The notes: generated by a model not told the origin, from the letters alone. Counted from the first letter of the stretch, positions 26,590-40,384 are shown. The stretch: DNA of 64,000 nucleotides from Octopus vulgaris (GCA_951406725.2 OX597819.1:134292001-134356000); one strand, 5' to 3'. Program-made: numbers and translations.

Positions 26590-27032
26590 TGGCTGGCCAG
26601 GGGTTGGTGTGCAGTTAAAAAGTCTAACTCCTAACTGTATAGTTTCAGCAGTTCCACTGCATGACACCTTGGACAAGTTTTTTTTCAAGTAACACTCTTG
26701 GCCAACCAAGGCTTTGTGAATGGGTTTTGCTAGGTGAAAGCTGAAATAAGAACTAGCAAGCAGGCAGGCAGGCAGGCAGGCATGTGTGTGTGTGTGTGAG
26801 TGAGTGTGTTTGTGCCTCCCTTTTCACATTGAGGGATTGTTGTAAACAAGCAGCACAGCAGTCAGACAACTGGTGCTGGTCGTTTCCAGTGTTGTGTGAA
26901 AACATATCCAGGCATGGGAAACAATTGAGAATTAGTGATAGGAAGGGTGTCTGGCCACAGATAATCTGGATCAGTGAATTACATCCAACCTATGCAAGCA
27001 TGGAAATTCAGATGTTAAAACAATCCTGATGA
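26590..27032 (+). mobile_element. tRNA-derived SINE family B with internal microsatellite and shared tail
   Basis: Head with caccttggacaag (CORE-like), (GCAG)n/(TG)n, then ggaagggtgtctggcc...atccaacctatgcaagcatggaa. Confidence 0.7.
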
Positions 27033-27865
27033 GTTACACACACACATCTAATTACAAGCCTATATTTATGCATATGTATATTTATTTATATATGTTCATG
27101 CAAATATTTATGCTTATGTATTTAAATCTGTGTAACACACACAATCAGCACACCCTAATATATCCCCAAACAGTAAAACATACAGAGCTTCTCCTCCTAA
27201 TAAAAACATTCTAACGAAAACTGTGACTAATTTTTTTTTTCAATTTCCTCCAATGTAAACTTTATTTAAAACTAAAATTAACGGATTACAAAATGAATTA
27301 ATTGATAAGTTCCTCTTATTCCCCCTTTTGTTATCAACCAACTTGATACTGCCCTTCTTCTTTGGTAAACACTTCCTATTGTAAAGTGATGTAAATTAGC
27401 AATTAGCATGAACATTTTATATTAATTTGTTTCAAACATCAGTTTTAATAAAGACAAAGTTATTTCACCCTAGTCATCATTATTTTGGAAATCAATTCCA
27501 ACAAAGAAGAGTATTTCAAGAAAATATAAAAGGTTTAAGAAACAATTCTTAACCACAGGCAAGAATGATAACAACCATTAAAAGAAAGAAATATCTAGAA
27601 TATACAAAATTCATGACCAATTTGTCAAAGTCATCTACAATAGTGCAGTCTTTTAGAAATAAATAGCAGAACACTTGGAACTGCTTAGCAAAATGCAAGC
27701 CAGAAAATAGCTCCAAGATTTTTGAAGAATTGAAGTACATTAATTCCAAATTCAATTCCATCCAACTTTAAAATAGTTTAAAACGACACCCAATGTTAGC
27801 ATTGAATGAAGTAGAAATATTTTTATGACTGACACCCAACATCAAAGAACTGATATCCCTAGTGA

Positions 27866-28042
<177 letters not shown>

Positions 28043-28155
28043 TGTAAAACCTATATTTCCATATTAAATTTCACCTATAGCATGATTATTGTATTTTCAA
28101 GGAAAAAAATGAATAAATAAAAAGTTAAAAGAATTCCAAAAATTGTTGGATTGTT

Positions 28156-28251
28156 TATTTTTTTCTTTTACCTTTTGTTTGTTTTTTTTCTTTTACCTTT
28201 TGTTTGTTTTTTTTCTTTTACCTTTTGTTTGTTTTTTTTCTTTTACCTTTT
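28156..28251. repeat. Tandem repeat, ~26-bp T-rich unit, 4 copies
   Basis: tttttttcttttaccttttgtttg repeated. Confidence 0.85.
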
Positions 28252-29050
28252 ACACGGGTGGTAAATATTAAAGATTAAAATTCACTTAAGTTATTTGAGA
28301 AAATATGAAAATATGAAAATATTTTAAAAAACAAAAAAAGGCATTTTGATCTATTTTCTGGATGATGAAATTATGAAAATGGAAGCTGATATTACAAAAT
28401 AATAGAACAATGGATGGAATAAAGAAATAATGATGGGGAAGGAAGAGAAGGAGGATGGCAGCAATGGTGGTGCTTAAATTTCAGTTTTCCTGTTTTTTTC
28501 TTTTTATTTAGAAACAGCTAAAAATGATAGCAATAACATAAATATATCAACTTTTTCAATGTGAATGGGGAAAAAAGAAAGAAGCAAAACGGAAAGCACC
28601 ATGGAAATTTCATACTTGGAGGGAATCCCATCAACTTAAACATCTTTTTCCAGGGAACATTTTTTCCTATATGCTCCTTCCTCGTTTCCTTTCCCATTCT
28701 GCCTATTTTCTGCATTTTCCCACACTTCTCAACCCTGGCTTACATTTAGATATGTGAATCAAACAGCAAACAACGATTTATTTATTGTTTTAGTTAGCTA
28801 TTTCATTATTAGTGCAAATATAACAAACTTACTCCATTGAAAGTAACTCGAGGAATATATATCAGCAAAGAGAAAACATAGGAAAGAATTAAAGCAGCGT
28901 TCAAACAACCCAACATAATTGAGTATTATTTTCATTTAACGGACTTTAATTTGGTATTTAGAATTTCATAAAATACAAAGAAAATCTTTTCATTTAAGGT
29001 ATTCCGGGATATTTATACGTGCATATACATATAGATGGATAGATATACAC

Positions 29051-29094
<44 letters not shown>

Positions 29095-29100
29095 TCGCAC

Positions 29101-29420
29101 ATCATGTTTTTATAGGGCAGAGATTAGACAATTTGGCAGAATCCAACAAGTCTAAAGACTGCATCATGCCCCAGTGTCTTCTTTCACATGGTTTTCTATG
29201 GCTGGATGACTTTCCTAATGCCAGCCACTTTACCATATATTCTGGGTGCCTTTTTCTTTTTGTTTGTGCTAGCAGCCCTAGTGAGGTTACCATTTAGCTC
29301 ACAAGTCAGGGTCCCCCACCCTTGACAGTGTTTGGCTTCAGTTGAATGGGGGTTGGCTTTATGCTAAAAGATAAGAAGTTAAAGTAATGCAGAAGGGGTC
29401 AGAACAGAAGAGATTTTTTT
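29101..29420 (-). mobile_element. Shared tail plus adjoining retroposon 3' segment
   Basis: ggtttttctatggctggatgactttcctaatgccagccac followed by the reverse of the segment at 980-1100. Confidence 0.6.
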
Positions 29421-29814
29421 GGTGGACTTGAAAAGTGAGATAAAATAGTGGTGACAAGGTTTCAGGTTGGTATGTATGAAAGGTCAGTATATATGAAAGT
29501 TCTAGACAGGGAAATTCACAGGATGATCAACGTAAAAAGTGGAAGGAGAGGAACAAAATAAAGAATGAAGAAAGGATATGAAGCCAAATGGTTCCGGATA
29601 GTGAGAAAGAGGAGCAATAGCAGTGAAACTGCTGATGAAACATGCAGTTCTGCTTACATTTCATTAAAGCAGAAGAAATGCTATAGTTAGGTGGGTGATG
29701 GAAAGGTCAGTGATAGAGCAATGACAAGTGGTGCAAAGGGCTTGAAGAAATTGTACATGGTGTGTGTGCGTGTGTGTGTATGTGTGTGAGAAACTTCTTT
29801 GATGAAGATATTTT

Positions 29815-29898
29815 ATTCCTGACGAAGGGGCCATTGCCAGTTTGTTGTTTTAATGTGTTAATGGATTGTGGCAGTGGCTCTCGAAACGACCGTGGATT
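29815..29898 (+). ncRNA. Hammerhead-ribozyme-like motif (Penelope pLTR type), degenerate
   Basis: CTGACGA (29819), then a 13-bp stem II GGGGCCATTGCCA/TGGCAGTGGCTCT with G:U pairs, GAAAC (29883), GACC loop and GT. The cleavage triplet reads GUG and stem I is weak. Confidence 0.55.
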
Positions 29899-29997
29899 TC
29901 AATTCCTGCTTGCACCTTACGATGGACATTATTCTGGATTCCTTCTACTTTTAATAGTTTAACTATCTTTTGTTTTTTTTAATTTTTAGTCACTTTG

Positions 29998-30044
<47 letters not shown>

Positions 30045-30413
30045 CATTCATATTTTCTTCATTTGCTTTCATTACCATCGTTCTGTTTTTATGTGTGTAA
30101 ATAGTAAGTATTGTTCAGAGACTGTTGGTTTGTAGTGGTTGTCGATGTTGATGTCCATGTCTTATTTGATGATTAAAATGCACAAGAAGGATAATTGACT
30201 TTGCATTCCATTGTTTAGAAACCCTTAAAAATCCAAAAATCTATAAAAAGCAAAGTGATGCCACTCTCATTCTGATAACAGTTATTCACAGAAGTAACAC
30301 TGCAAACACCTTCACAGCTACAACAGATGCATCATACACTAAGACCACACTCAATAGCAACTGTTCGCACCAGAGTTCATACTCAAGGTTATACAGTGTA
30401 TTACATAAATTAA

Positions 30414-30946
30414 CAATGTCAAGACCAGTTTGAATATGCAAAAGCAGATTTGGACTTGTAAACAAACCATTCACCATGTCTTGTCGTGTTTTCCACTGAG
30501 AAATTTTCTCCATGACAAAACATGGTGAGTGGCTTGTTTACAATTCCAAACATGCTTTTAGCATATTAGAACTGGTATTAACATTGCATTTTTCTCATCA
30601 TTGCTTAACACACTCACCCTGTAATTTAATTACAATCAGCCATCAATTTGCACTTCCGGCAGACATATGTTGACTGGAAAAACATAAGAGATTGTCTCTC
30701 TCTGATCAGTTCAGATTTCTGTGACCAAAGAGGAGATAACTACTCTGAAAGACCAGCATCTCACAGTCTGCATAGGTGGCACTGCAAGCTGATTTGGGTG
30801 TATTAACACCACAATATCTACAGCAAGAAATTTTCTCCATGGCAAAACATGGTGAGTGGCTTGCTTACAAATCCAAACATGCTTTTAGCATATTAGAACT
30901 GGTGTTAACATTGTATTTTTACTTGTCACTGCTTAGCACGCTCACC
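30414..30946. repeat. Fold-back repeat plus a direct copy of one arm
   Basis: 30414-30488 is inverted relative to 30511-30586; 30499-30618 is repeated directly at 30827-30946. Confidence 0.85.
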
Positions 30947-32668
30947 GCATGATATAAATTTATTTTGCCATGCATATCAATGTGAAAACATCTTCAGCAA
31001 TATGTGTCTACAGGGTGGGGGAGTATTACACATGGGCTTTTGAAAGGAAATACACTATGATATTCTAAATAGTAAACACCACTGGATAATTAGGGGTGAG
31101 TATCATAGGAAGGCTATGAAAGTTATTTTGATTTGAAAAGCAAACCGTATTCTCACTAAGCAGACAATAAATAAGTAGAGTTTTTATAAAGAAGCTTTCG
31201 TAACACACATGCAATGCGAGCACACAGGGAAATTGTGTTGGTGTGGTAAATAATATTGTTGTACACATCAAAAGATCTGTGTGTGTGTTGGTGAGTATGA
31301 ACACAAAGATATTTATCTTTCTCCATAAATCTGCTTGCTCTATAGATGCCACATATCTATTGATTAAACAGAATTTGATTCAAACCAACACAGACTGTAC
31401 AAAGACGAGAAAGCAAAGCTACATCAGATCTGTATTTCACATTGGAATCAGAGGAATGAGTGGTGAAAGAAGAACAGAGATTGTTTTACAGAATTTCAAA
31501 CATACAATAAAATACCGGATCCATAAAACTGAAAAACTGTTATTTTTTTAATAGTCAGGTTATAAGATGACATTTTTTTATATATATATTTTTTATATAT
31601 ATTTTTTTATATATTTTTATATAAATATTTTTTTTATATATATTTGGAAAAAGTGCCACTCTTCATTTAAAGAGAGAGAGAGAGAGAGAGTGTGTGTGTG
31701 TGTGTGTGTGTGTGTAACATGACCGAGGATAAGGAATGGTTGCATATCTTGGATTGTGATTGGAGTAGATTTATGCAAAGGTCTGAGATGGCAAGGTAGA
31801 AGTTGATGAAGCAGAACAGTCTTTAGGATGCAGATATAAAATAATAATTTCATTATTACAAAATGTAATCAATAAAGTGATTTATAGCAGAAATGTATAA
31901 CCTGCTTCAATAATTTATAATTTATTTTAAGCAACTTCCATAGCGTGAGAGAGAGAGAGAGACTGTGTTTGTGTGTGAAACACGTATATTGTGTGTGCAA
32001 AGCTGCTATTGTGTTAAAAAATGATTAGCTTTTGTGTTTTGGAGAATAGACTTTCATTGAAGGTAGCTTTTCCGAAACAAGTGACTTAAACAATAGAAAT
32101 ACAGAGAAAGAGACATTATTTGTGGTGGTTACAGGAATGGAGAAAATGATAGGATAATAAGCTTAGGTTTTTAGAATGCCAAGCTATTAATAAAACATTC
32201 TGGAGGCTTAGAAATCAGTGAATTCAATAAGTTCTCCAATAATAATTTTCTCTGTCTGTCTGTATGTGTGTGCACATACACGTGTGTGTGTGTGTGTGTG
32301 TGTGTGTAAGTGCATGTGCCCTTATCTTTTCCATTTCAATATCCATCTGATTGATCTATCAAGAAATAGAAAATAAGTACTTAGGTTTGAATTAAACTAA
32401 CCCCACAAAAGCTATCAGAAGAATACGATTTTAAAATGCTATCAGTAATTCACGAGAAAGTTTTTTAGGACATCTTTTAAAGCTTATTGAAGGATTATTC
32501 CAAAAGAGAAAATCATAAATCATTTTTATACTTATATGTAGAGTAAATATCCACATAAAGACTAAACTCCATTTGTGGCATGCCGGCAATGTGAACTTGC
32601 AACCACAGATTTACTCGGTGACCAAATTAGTTCATCTAAATAATCAATCAGAAATTAGTAGACAATTA

Positions 32669-33998
32669 CAAGGGGGTAACCAAAAGAAACCAGAATTTTG
32701 CAATATTACTTTATTCAGTAAGTTTTACATGTTTACATTTTTATTACCTTCAAAGTATTCTCCATTTCAAGCAATGGATCAGTCCAGACACATTTTCCAC
32801 TATTTGAAACGGTCCTGGAACTCTTGTGAAGTGAGGCTTTTTAATGCCTCCATCGTTTTGTTCTTCACCTCTTACACATCTGCAAAACGTTTTCCTTTAA
32901 AGACTTTTTTTTATTTGGAGAAACAAAAATAAGTCGCATGGAGCAAGATCATGTGAATAGGGTGAGTGGGAAAGCAGGGTGATACCATTTTTGGTCAAAA
33001 ACTGTCTCACACTCAGGGCAGGGTGCACTAGTGCATTGTGTCCTTCAAACACTTCAGAATTGCAAAGTAAAATGTCTGGTGAACAGTTTGACCAGGAGGA
33101 ACAAATTTTGTGTGGACAACCGTCCAACCCATGCTAGCATGGAAAGCGGATGCTAAATGATGATGATGATGATGATGAATTCCTTTTGCATCAATGAAAT
33201 AAATCCGCATTGTCTTGACATTGGATTTCACTTGACATGCGTTTTTGGAGCATGGTGACATTGAATGCTTCCACTGACTTGGTTGCTGCTTTATTTCTGG
33301 GTCACAGCCACAGCGCCAGCTTTCGTCACCAGTGATGACCTTCAAAGAAAGGGTACAGATCATCTTCTAACTCTTCTTCCAGTTCACAACATGCATTCAG
33401 TCATGACAGCTTTTGATCTTCTGTGAGCAAAAGAGTCACAAATTTCGCTGCAACTCTTTTCATTCGCAATTCCTCGCCCAAAATTCGTTGGCAGGAGTTC
33501 CTGGACACACCAGTCATATCAACAAGTTTCTCAACTGTTTGGCAACTGTCCTCCAAGATCAGTTCATGAATTTCCATAATGTTTTCATTCATTTGGGAGG
33601 TTGACAGTTGCCCTGAACAAGGTTGGTCATCAAGCGCCAATGACCATTCCTAAATCGTGAAAACCACTCGTAAACATGCTTTGCTCATGGCAGCATCCTT
33701 GTAAGCTGTTTGAAGCATGACAACTGTTTCAGCCACCATTTTCCCCATCAAAAAATAGAATTTCACAGAAGCATGCTGTTTCTTCATTTCAGCCATTGCA
33801 AAAATCAACAAACGAAGGTGGAGGGGTGGGCACTGCAAAACGAAGACACACAAAATGACAGTATGACTTCACCTGACAATGCAGGTTGGCATACTGATGC
33901 CTGAGGGCTGCATCAAGTGGCCTCTAGTGGTGGATGTCTGAACTACAACTGGCTTGCCCCACAGAAAACGCTTCTGATTATTTTAGGGTACCCCCTCA
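32669..33998 (-). mobile_element. Full-length decayed mariner transposon (transposase pseudogene)
   Basis: TA-flanked TIRs (CAAGGGGGTAACCAAAAGAAACCAGAA versus reverse complement TGAGGGGGTACCCTAAAATAATCAGAA). Fragments MAEMKKQHASVKF..., VAAKFV..LL, ITGDESW and HSPYSHDLAPCDLFLF (YSPDLAP-like). About 1.27 kb without the nested insertion. Confidence 0.95.
33120..33177 (+). mobile_element. 58-bp retroposon tail nested in the mariner transposase
   Basis: ccgtccaacccatgctagcatggaaagcggatgctaaa(tga)n flanked by AA; removing it restores DAKGIVHTKF on the minus strand. Confidence 0.85.
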
Positions 33999-34749
33999 TA
34001 TATCAACATCATTGCATTTAGTGATGATACAAATGACCAGGAGTTAAAAGCTCTGGTTACTATGGTTTCGGCATCCCCACCCTCACAGTTAAATAGTTTA
34101 CATAACTAACAGCCCCTTCCATACAACATTGCTGAAACCACCCCAGTCTACACAGTCTGGAATCAACAACAAAACTTCATTACTCTCCATGTCTTTTTCA
34201 TACTGAAAGCATGTAATAACCGAGATATTCACATCACAAATGTACACACACAAATGTATAGATATACACCACCAGCATTCACATAGAATACCACAGTCAC
34301 TTCTATTCCACTTTCAAGTGCCATTTCCTGACAATTTTTATCTTGCCACTTAAATTTCTAATAGTCAAAGTATCTTGTTAATGGTAAGTGGAGAATATAT
34401 ATTTCCATTCTGCATTTATTACAGAATAAAATAATGTTTCATTGTATATCACATCTTTTCTATCTACAGTACATTTCATCTTCTGTTTGGGGTTAAATAT
34501 CATCATCATCATCATCATCTTTACATCTATTTTTCTTTTCCATTCTTGCATGTGTCTTGCCGCTTTTTATTCTCTTCTGTCATCTCCTTCATACAGACTA
34601 GCAGTCACCACTTCTTCCTCATCCCTCATCAAGCTTGCTTCTCTTCAGCTTCCTTCCAAACTCTCTCTGCCATATACATCACACGTTGACCTTAGTGCCG
34701 CCGCCTTCCCCCGGGCACATTACATCTGATTCCTATTAGACAAAGGGGT

Positions 34750-35063
34750 TCCCTCAGCTCATCTATGCTCTGTCATTAACACTTGTGCTTGTCCCTCTTT
34801 CATACTTTCAACCTATCCCAACACTTGGCAGAAGGCCACATCTCCTCCCCCCACCCCCCACTTTAACCATGGGAGGTTTTCCCTTTCCCTTTCTTGTCTT
34901 TCAACCTCACTGTACACACTGTAAAGTAGTTAGTGTTAAGAAGGGCATCCAGCCATACAAACCATGCCAAAGCTAACAGTAGGGCACAGTGCAGCAGTGT
35001 GGTCTGCCAAATCCGGTCAAACCATCTGAACTATGCCAGCATGGAATTGATGATGATGATGAT
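34750..35063 (+). mobile_element. Retroposon 3' segment plus shared tail
   Basis: acacttgtgcttgtccctctttcatact...aagaagggcatccagcc...(GAT)n. Confidence 0.7.
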
Positions 35064-37164
35064 TAAGGATCCAGTGAAGCAGACTCATCTACTTTCTTTC
35101 CAGCCTTTTATACATCCTTGGTATTCAACATCCAAGTTCTATTACTTTACATCACATTTTATACACAGAAACCAGGCAATTTGTCCTTCACTAAAACTTC
35201 CTTGTTTCTAGCAAATGAAATAGCTCCTTTTACCCACTTGCTCCCTGTTTTTACCAATTTAAGTCAGACTCAGTCAACTACTTCTAGAAATGCTTCTTCA
35301 AGGAATTGCTATCACATGAACATTTACTGTCAACCACTTTTACGGGTTTCATATAATGAATAAAGTATAAAGTGTAAAGTAGGACTTGAATAAAATGTAA
35401 TGTTGGACTAAAGAATAAAATATAATGTTGGACTAAAGGATATATAAAATTGATAAATGAATATACAGACAATTTTATTGAAGAATCATTAATTGTTGGA
35501 AGAAGTTTTCTAATTATGTTTGAGAACAAAGTGAAGAGCTTCACCTTTTTGGTGCCAACCCACCAAAGACCATTCCTGGTTCTCTGATACAAACTTCCTG
35601 TTTTAAAATGATCGAAATTAAAATTCTTCAGTCAAAATCCCAGGTTAATTTCATGTCTCAATCACCAGTTTAATAACAACAATCTTATTTTACTAAATTC
35701 ATTGTTATTTTCAAAATTAATTGAAACAAAAAGAGGAAATGCTACAACATGGAGGACGATTGAAAACTGGACAGTGGCCACACTCTCACTTAATAAATTT
35801 CTTAATAACTGGTCAACATATTACCCATGATTCAGCTTTTATGAATGAAATAACATTTGATACATTTGGCTATTTCTTCATTTGTGCCACAGATGATGCA
35901 ATCTCACAGAAGCATCATTTCCTTTCTCATAAAAGAACATGTTTCTTATTATGATTTAGAAGAGTATTCAGCTTCAACAGCTTCTATAACCATTATTGTT
36001 GATATTATGGATATTATTATTGATATTTTTAATTTACCTATTCTTTTCTAACAAATCCAATTAATTTTCTTTCTCACTTTCAAATATATCAAACTCAAAT
36101 AGCTACTTCTCATGGCCAATTCTTTTAAAATGGCACCTATTCTGAAATGAGACACAAACTGGGGATTTAATTTAAATCATTTAATTGAAACACATTATAA
36201 CACTTAATAAAATGATTGAATGAATTCTAAAATATCAAAAATCGAATCTTCCTGTCTCTTTGCATGGTGTCTACAGAGATCCACCCCCTACAATGGACAC
36301 TGGTCAATGTCAGTATTACCTCATAACCAACTGAGAAGATAAGACAAGTTGAAGAGAGGCAAACATCAAGATGGCAACGATTTCATTGTTTAGCTTCGTC
36401 AAGAACCTTATTAATAATATTAATTGAAGTGATACTTCTTTGCCTTCAAAATTTCTCTAATTGCAGGTTAGAAGAGTTAATATATCATTAATAAAACTGT
36501 AATTGTTTCAGATTTACAACTGAATAATTAAAACAATTATATCGATAATTTACATAAATCAAATTTTCTTTATTTTATTTAATTATAGGAATTTGGCAAA
36601 CTAGGCTCACTTGGTTAATATATGTTTATATATAGACTTTTTATCAGAATCTTATGCAGGAATTGAAATTAAATGTGAGCATACGTGAAAAATGAGAGTT
36701 TGGTGGGAATCAAATCTACTTCTCCTTTGTCAGTACCATAATATGGCAGTGCTCCTCCCTCTTGCATACTTTGCATCTAATTCAAGGGCTTTGTATTTCT
36801 TTATACATCTTTCCTCATGTGCCAGTTTTCTCTCTTGCACATGACAACTGAATCCTCTAATATCTAGTTTTTCTCTCAGCTCAGATGTACTCTATCGCCC
36901 ATACACATACACACACATCATATACAAATTTGAAATGGATGTACATTTATAAACATGTCTCTAAGTCAACAAGGAGCCTTTATGTTTTCACTTGATCAGT
37001 TAGTAATACAAATCACACCCTACAATTTTTTTAAAAGGATATTTGGATAACGTATCTCAAGATATACTGTGACTGAATGAAAGTCAGGATAGCCATGGTT
37101 GGAATATTTTAACCATAAATCTATTTAATGAAGGTTCACTCACCTGTAGCTAATCAGAAAAAAT

Positions 37165-37368
37165 AATAATAATGGTTTCAATGTTTGGCACAAGGTAAGC
37201 AATTTTGAGGGAGGGGGCTAGTTGATTACATCAACCCCCCAGGGCTCAAATGATACTTATTTGATTGACCCCAATTGGCCTCAATAGAATTTGAACTCAG
37301 AACATAAAGACAGATGAAATGCTGCTGCTAAGCATTTTGCCCAGCATGCTAACACTTCTGCCAGCTCA
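37165..37368 (-). mobile_element. SINE family A
   Basis: Collinear with 9220-9432; (AAT)n on both flanks. Confidence 0.8.
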
Positions 37369-38477
37369 TCATCACTTTAATAATAATAACAATAATAATA
37401 ATAATACATCTATAAACATATCCAGATCTTTGGCTTGGAATTATTAACAACTTTTATGTTTTAAATGCAAAACATTAACTGTCAGTAAAATAAGATCTGA
37501 AAAGGCATTTTCAGATTCTTTTACCAGGAATATGGTACAAGCGAGTTCTAAATTCTTGTCTTTAGAGGCACAAAAGAGTTAATGATGATGTGTGTATGTA
37601 ACATACAGTATTTGTGATTTTTACTCTCAAGTCAGTATTGAGTACATTACTATAAACTTATAAAATGCTTGTCTGAAAATTATACAAAAAAGAATAAATA
37701 TTCCATATGAAAATCTGTTATTTGGCAGGTTTCGCTTCTGTTCAATGCCATCTTGAGTCTCTTCTGGCTAATTTCCGACTCATTCATCTATATTGCTCTT
37801 TCATGTTTCAGACAATTTAAACATGAAAAACACAGCAAAGGTGATATTTTAATACATAATATTAATAATTAATAAAGATGGATCTCATAAAACATATTTT
37901 ACTACAGCTATAAAAGATGGCTATGGGGAAAAAATGATCAGGTTTTGCAATTATTTCACAGAAAAACTATCTTTGTATGCCATCAAAATATATAATGGTT
38001 CACTTAATATCTTGTGAATTAAATATTAATTGCTCTGCTACTCTCTAACAACATAATGGCGATTAAAACAAAAATGATCAGTTGTGGTGATATACTTTCG
38101 TTTGTACGCTGCCAACTGACATAAATGCTTACACTGGAATTTATCATCTGAACTCAAAGCACTCCATCAATTAGAAGCTGAATGAATGATATTTTTGTCA
38201 GAGGCTTCCAAACAAAGCTTTTAATTACCATATTTATTAGGATATCACAAGCACTTTTTCTAAAATTCAAACTTAAACATTAACTATTGACATTATACAT
38301 AAGAAATGTTTCCCATTTTTTAGTAAGTAATCATATTTGGAACAGCATGACTACAAGTTATGCACACACACACACACACACGCGTATGTATGTATATTGT
38401 CCAAGTTACTCAGTGTGCAAAGCAGAGCTTAATTTACTATAATAATGTTACCTTTTCTACATGATAGTGAGAATATA

Positions 38478-38704
38478 TTAACCATTTACATAGCAACACA
38501 TTCAGACTATTTTGATAATGAGACAAACACCATGTTTTAAAGTGATCTAGATTAAAACTAGCCATCAAAATCTCAAGTTAATTTGTATCTCCAAACCCCA
38601 GCTTAATAAAGACAAACCTATCATAATAAATTCTTCATTATTTTCAACATGTATTGAAACCAAAACAATGTATTGCAACAGAATTATGATAGTAAAAGGG
38701 CTAA
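38478..38704. mobile_element. TTAA-type (piggyBac-like) MITE
   Basis: TTAACCATTT ... AAAGGGCTAA termini; internal sequence shared with ~35540-35735 and ~27380-27540. Confidence 0.55.
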
Positions 38705-39002
38705 ATGCACATTAAATTTCATACATGAACCATTTTGTAGATGGTCAAAGTTGCTTCCTTTCTAACAAACAAAGAATACAAACCAAAAGCAAAGTGCAAA
38801 CAGCCAGAGAAGGAAATGGACTTCGGTCAAAAATATTTCCTTCTTATTTTATTGGATAATTTTAACATCATATTAAATATTATGCATAATTAAGATCTTT
38901 ATAATTAAAAACCAAAAATTGCCCAATTCTGAGTATCTGATATTCAAATCAAAACAAAGATCTATAAACCATTTTAAAATATGCACAATAAAAACATAAG
39001 AT

Positions 39003-39068
<66 letters not shown>

Positions 39069-39407
39069 ATTTACTTTTCCATTAAAAAAAAAAAAGTATT
39101 CCATCTGGTGAGAGATAAATATTGTTTAATGTCCACAGTATATAGTTATGAGCTACTAATAGTTGCATATATAGAAGATATTATCTAGGCACGTTTTAAA
39201 ACATGTCTCCAAGTAATCTTCAGGCTCTGGGAACATGGCCTATACAAGTTACAAATCAGGACAGAACAAGAGAAATCATGAGAAAAAATTAGATGAAGGT
39301 TGGTTCAAAAAGTGGAATGGTGAGAAAAACAGAAAAAGGAATTAGAGTCATCAGATGAGATGGTGTGGAATTAACAGAAGGAGGTCTAAAATCTGTGATT
39401 CAGCTGC

Positions 39408-39655
39408 TCAATCCATAGAAGGTAGTATTCTCCAATTCACCAAAACAAACTTGTCCTTATGTTTGCATTTGCTGGAAATCTCTGATCTGGAATTCAGCAC
39501 TGTCGTAGAATTCTTAGATCTAAAAAGGATATGCAACCTTTCAGCTACACATAACAGGCATTTTGTTGATCCATTAACATATGACACAGATTTTTCTATT
39601 ATTTTCCACTTGATTGTATGTGATGTGGAGCAACTTCAAAAGCTGCCAATGCTAA
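39408..39655 (-). mobile_element. Penelope-like element GIY-YIG endonuclease C-terminal fragment
   Basis: ATG-less minus frame 39614 to 39408: IKWKIIEKSVSYVNGSTKCLLCVAERLHILFRSKNSTTVLNSRSEISSKCKHKDKFVLVNW, with the IKW...CxLC..E...LNxRSE..SKCxH pattern of PLE endonuclease ends. Preceded across a frameshift by WQLLK...Y. Confidence 0.8.
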
Positions 39656-40384
39656 CCACCAATCTTCTTTCCAGCACATGGACAAAAGTAAAGCCACTAA
39701 ATTGGCCAGCCAGACATGGGGTTTGAAAAACCAATTTCACACCACATACAGTAACATACAATTATTATACTTTTCTTTTTTCCTTTCTTTTCCTCTTTTT
39801 TTACATCATTCGACTTCTTGAACCTCGCATCCGTTCGTCCTTTCTCATGATTTCTCTTATTCTATTGTCCTGCTTTCTAACTTGTGTGCCCAGAACCTGA
39901 AGACACTGCACATACTATATAAGCCACAATAAGAAACAAAGTCTGTACAGTCGAACGGTTGCAGTCAACATTCTTATCATTCATCATCATCATCATCATT
40001 ATCAAAGTTAATTTCCAGAAGCGAGAGTAAAACACGAAATAGCATTGGCTGAGATTGAATATTGTAAACGGATTTAGTGCAAAGTTGAATGTGTTGTTTA
40101 TGATAAGATGTAGGAGTGATGTCTGGTGAAGGAAGAAGAAGATAAAACAAGCAACATCAAACCAGAAGAGATAATATTGGCTTGAATGATGACACTGAAT
40201 GAAGTAGACATGTTTCGTTTAACAAATAGAAAGACTTTGAGAAAGAAGAGTGAAATAGCATGAATGGAAGAATAAGGTAGGAGAAAAGACATTGGTGGGA
40301 TGTCATTGGAATGTCAGGTTTTAATATTTCATAGGCACAAGGTGAGTTTATGGAAATCAATGAAGCAAAAATTTATGGAGAGAG

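Noticed and set aside
29101-29420. Idea that the RTE family has terminal inverted repeats made of the tail module
   Set aside because: The adjoining segment always lies upstream of the tail in the same orientation in four copies, which is more simply a 3' UTR.
39355-39726. 123-aa plus-strand ORF
   Set aside because: Antisense shadow of the Penelope endonuclease frame on the minus strand.
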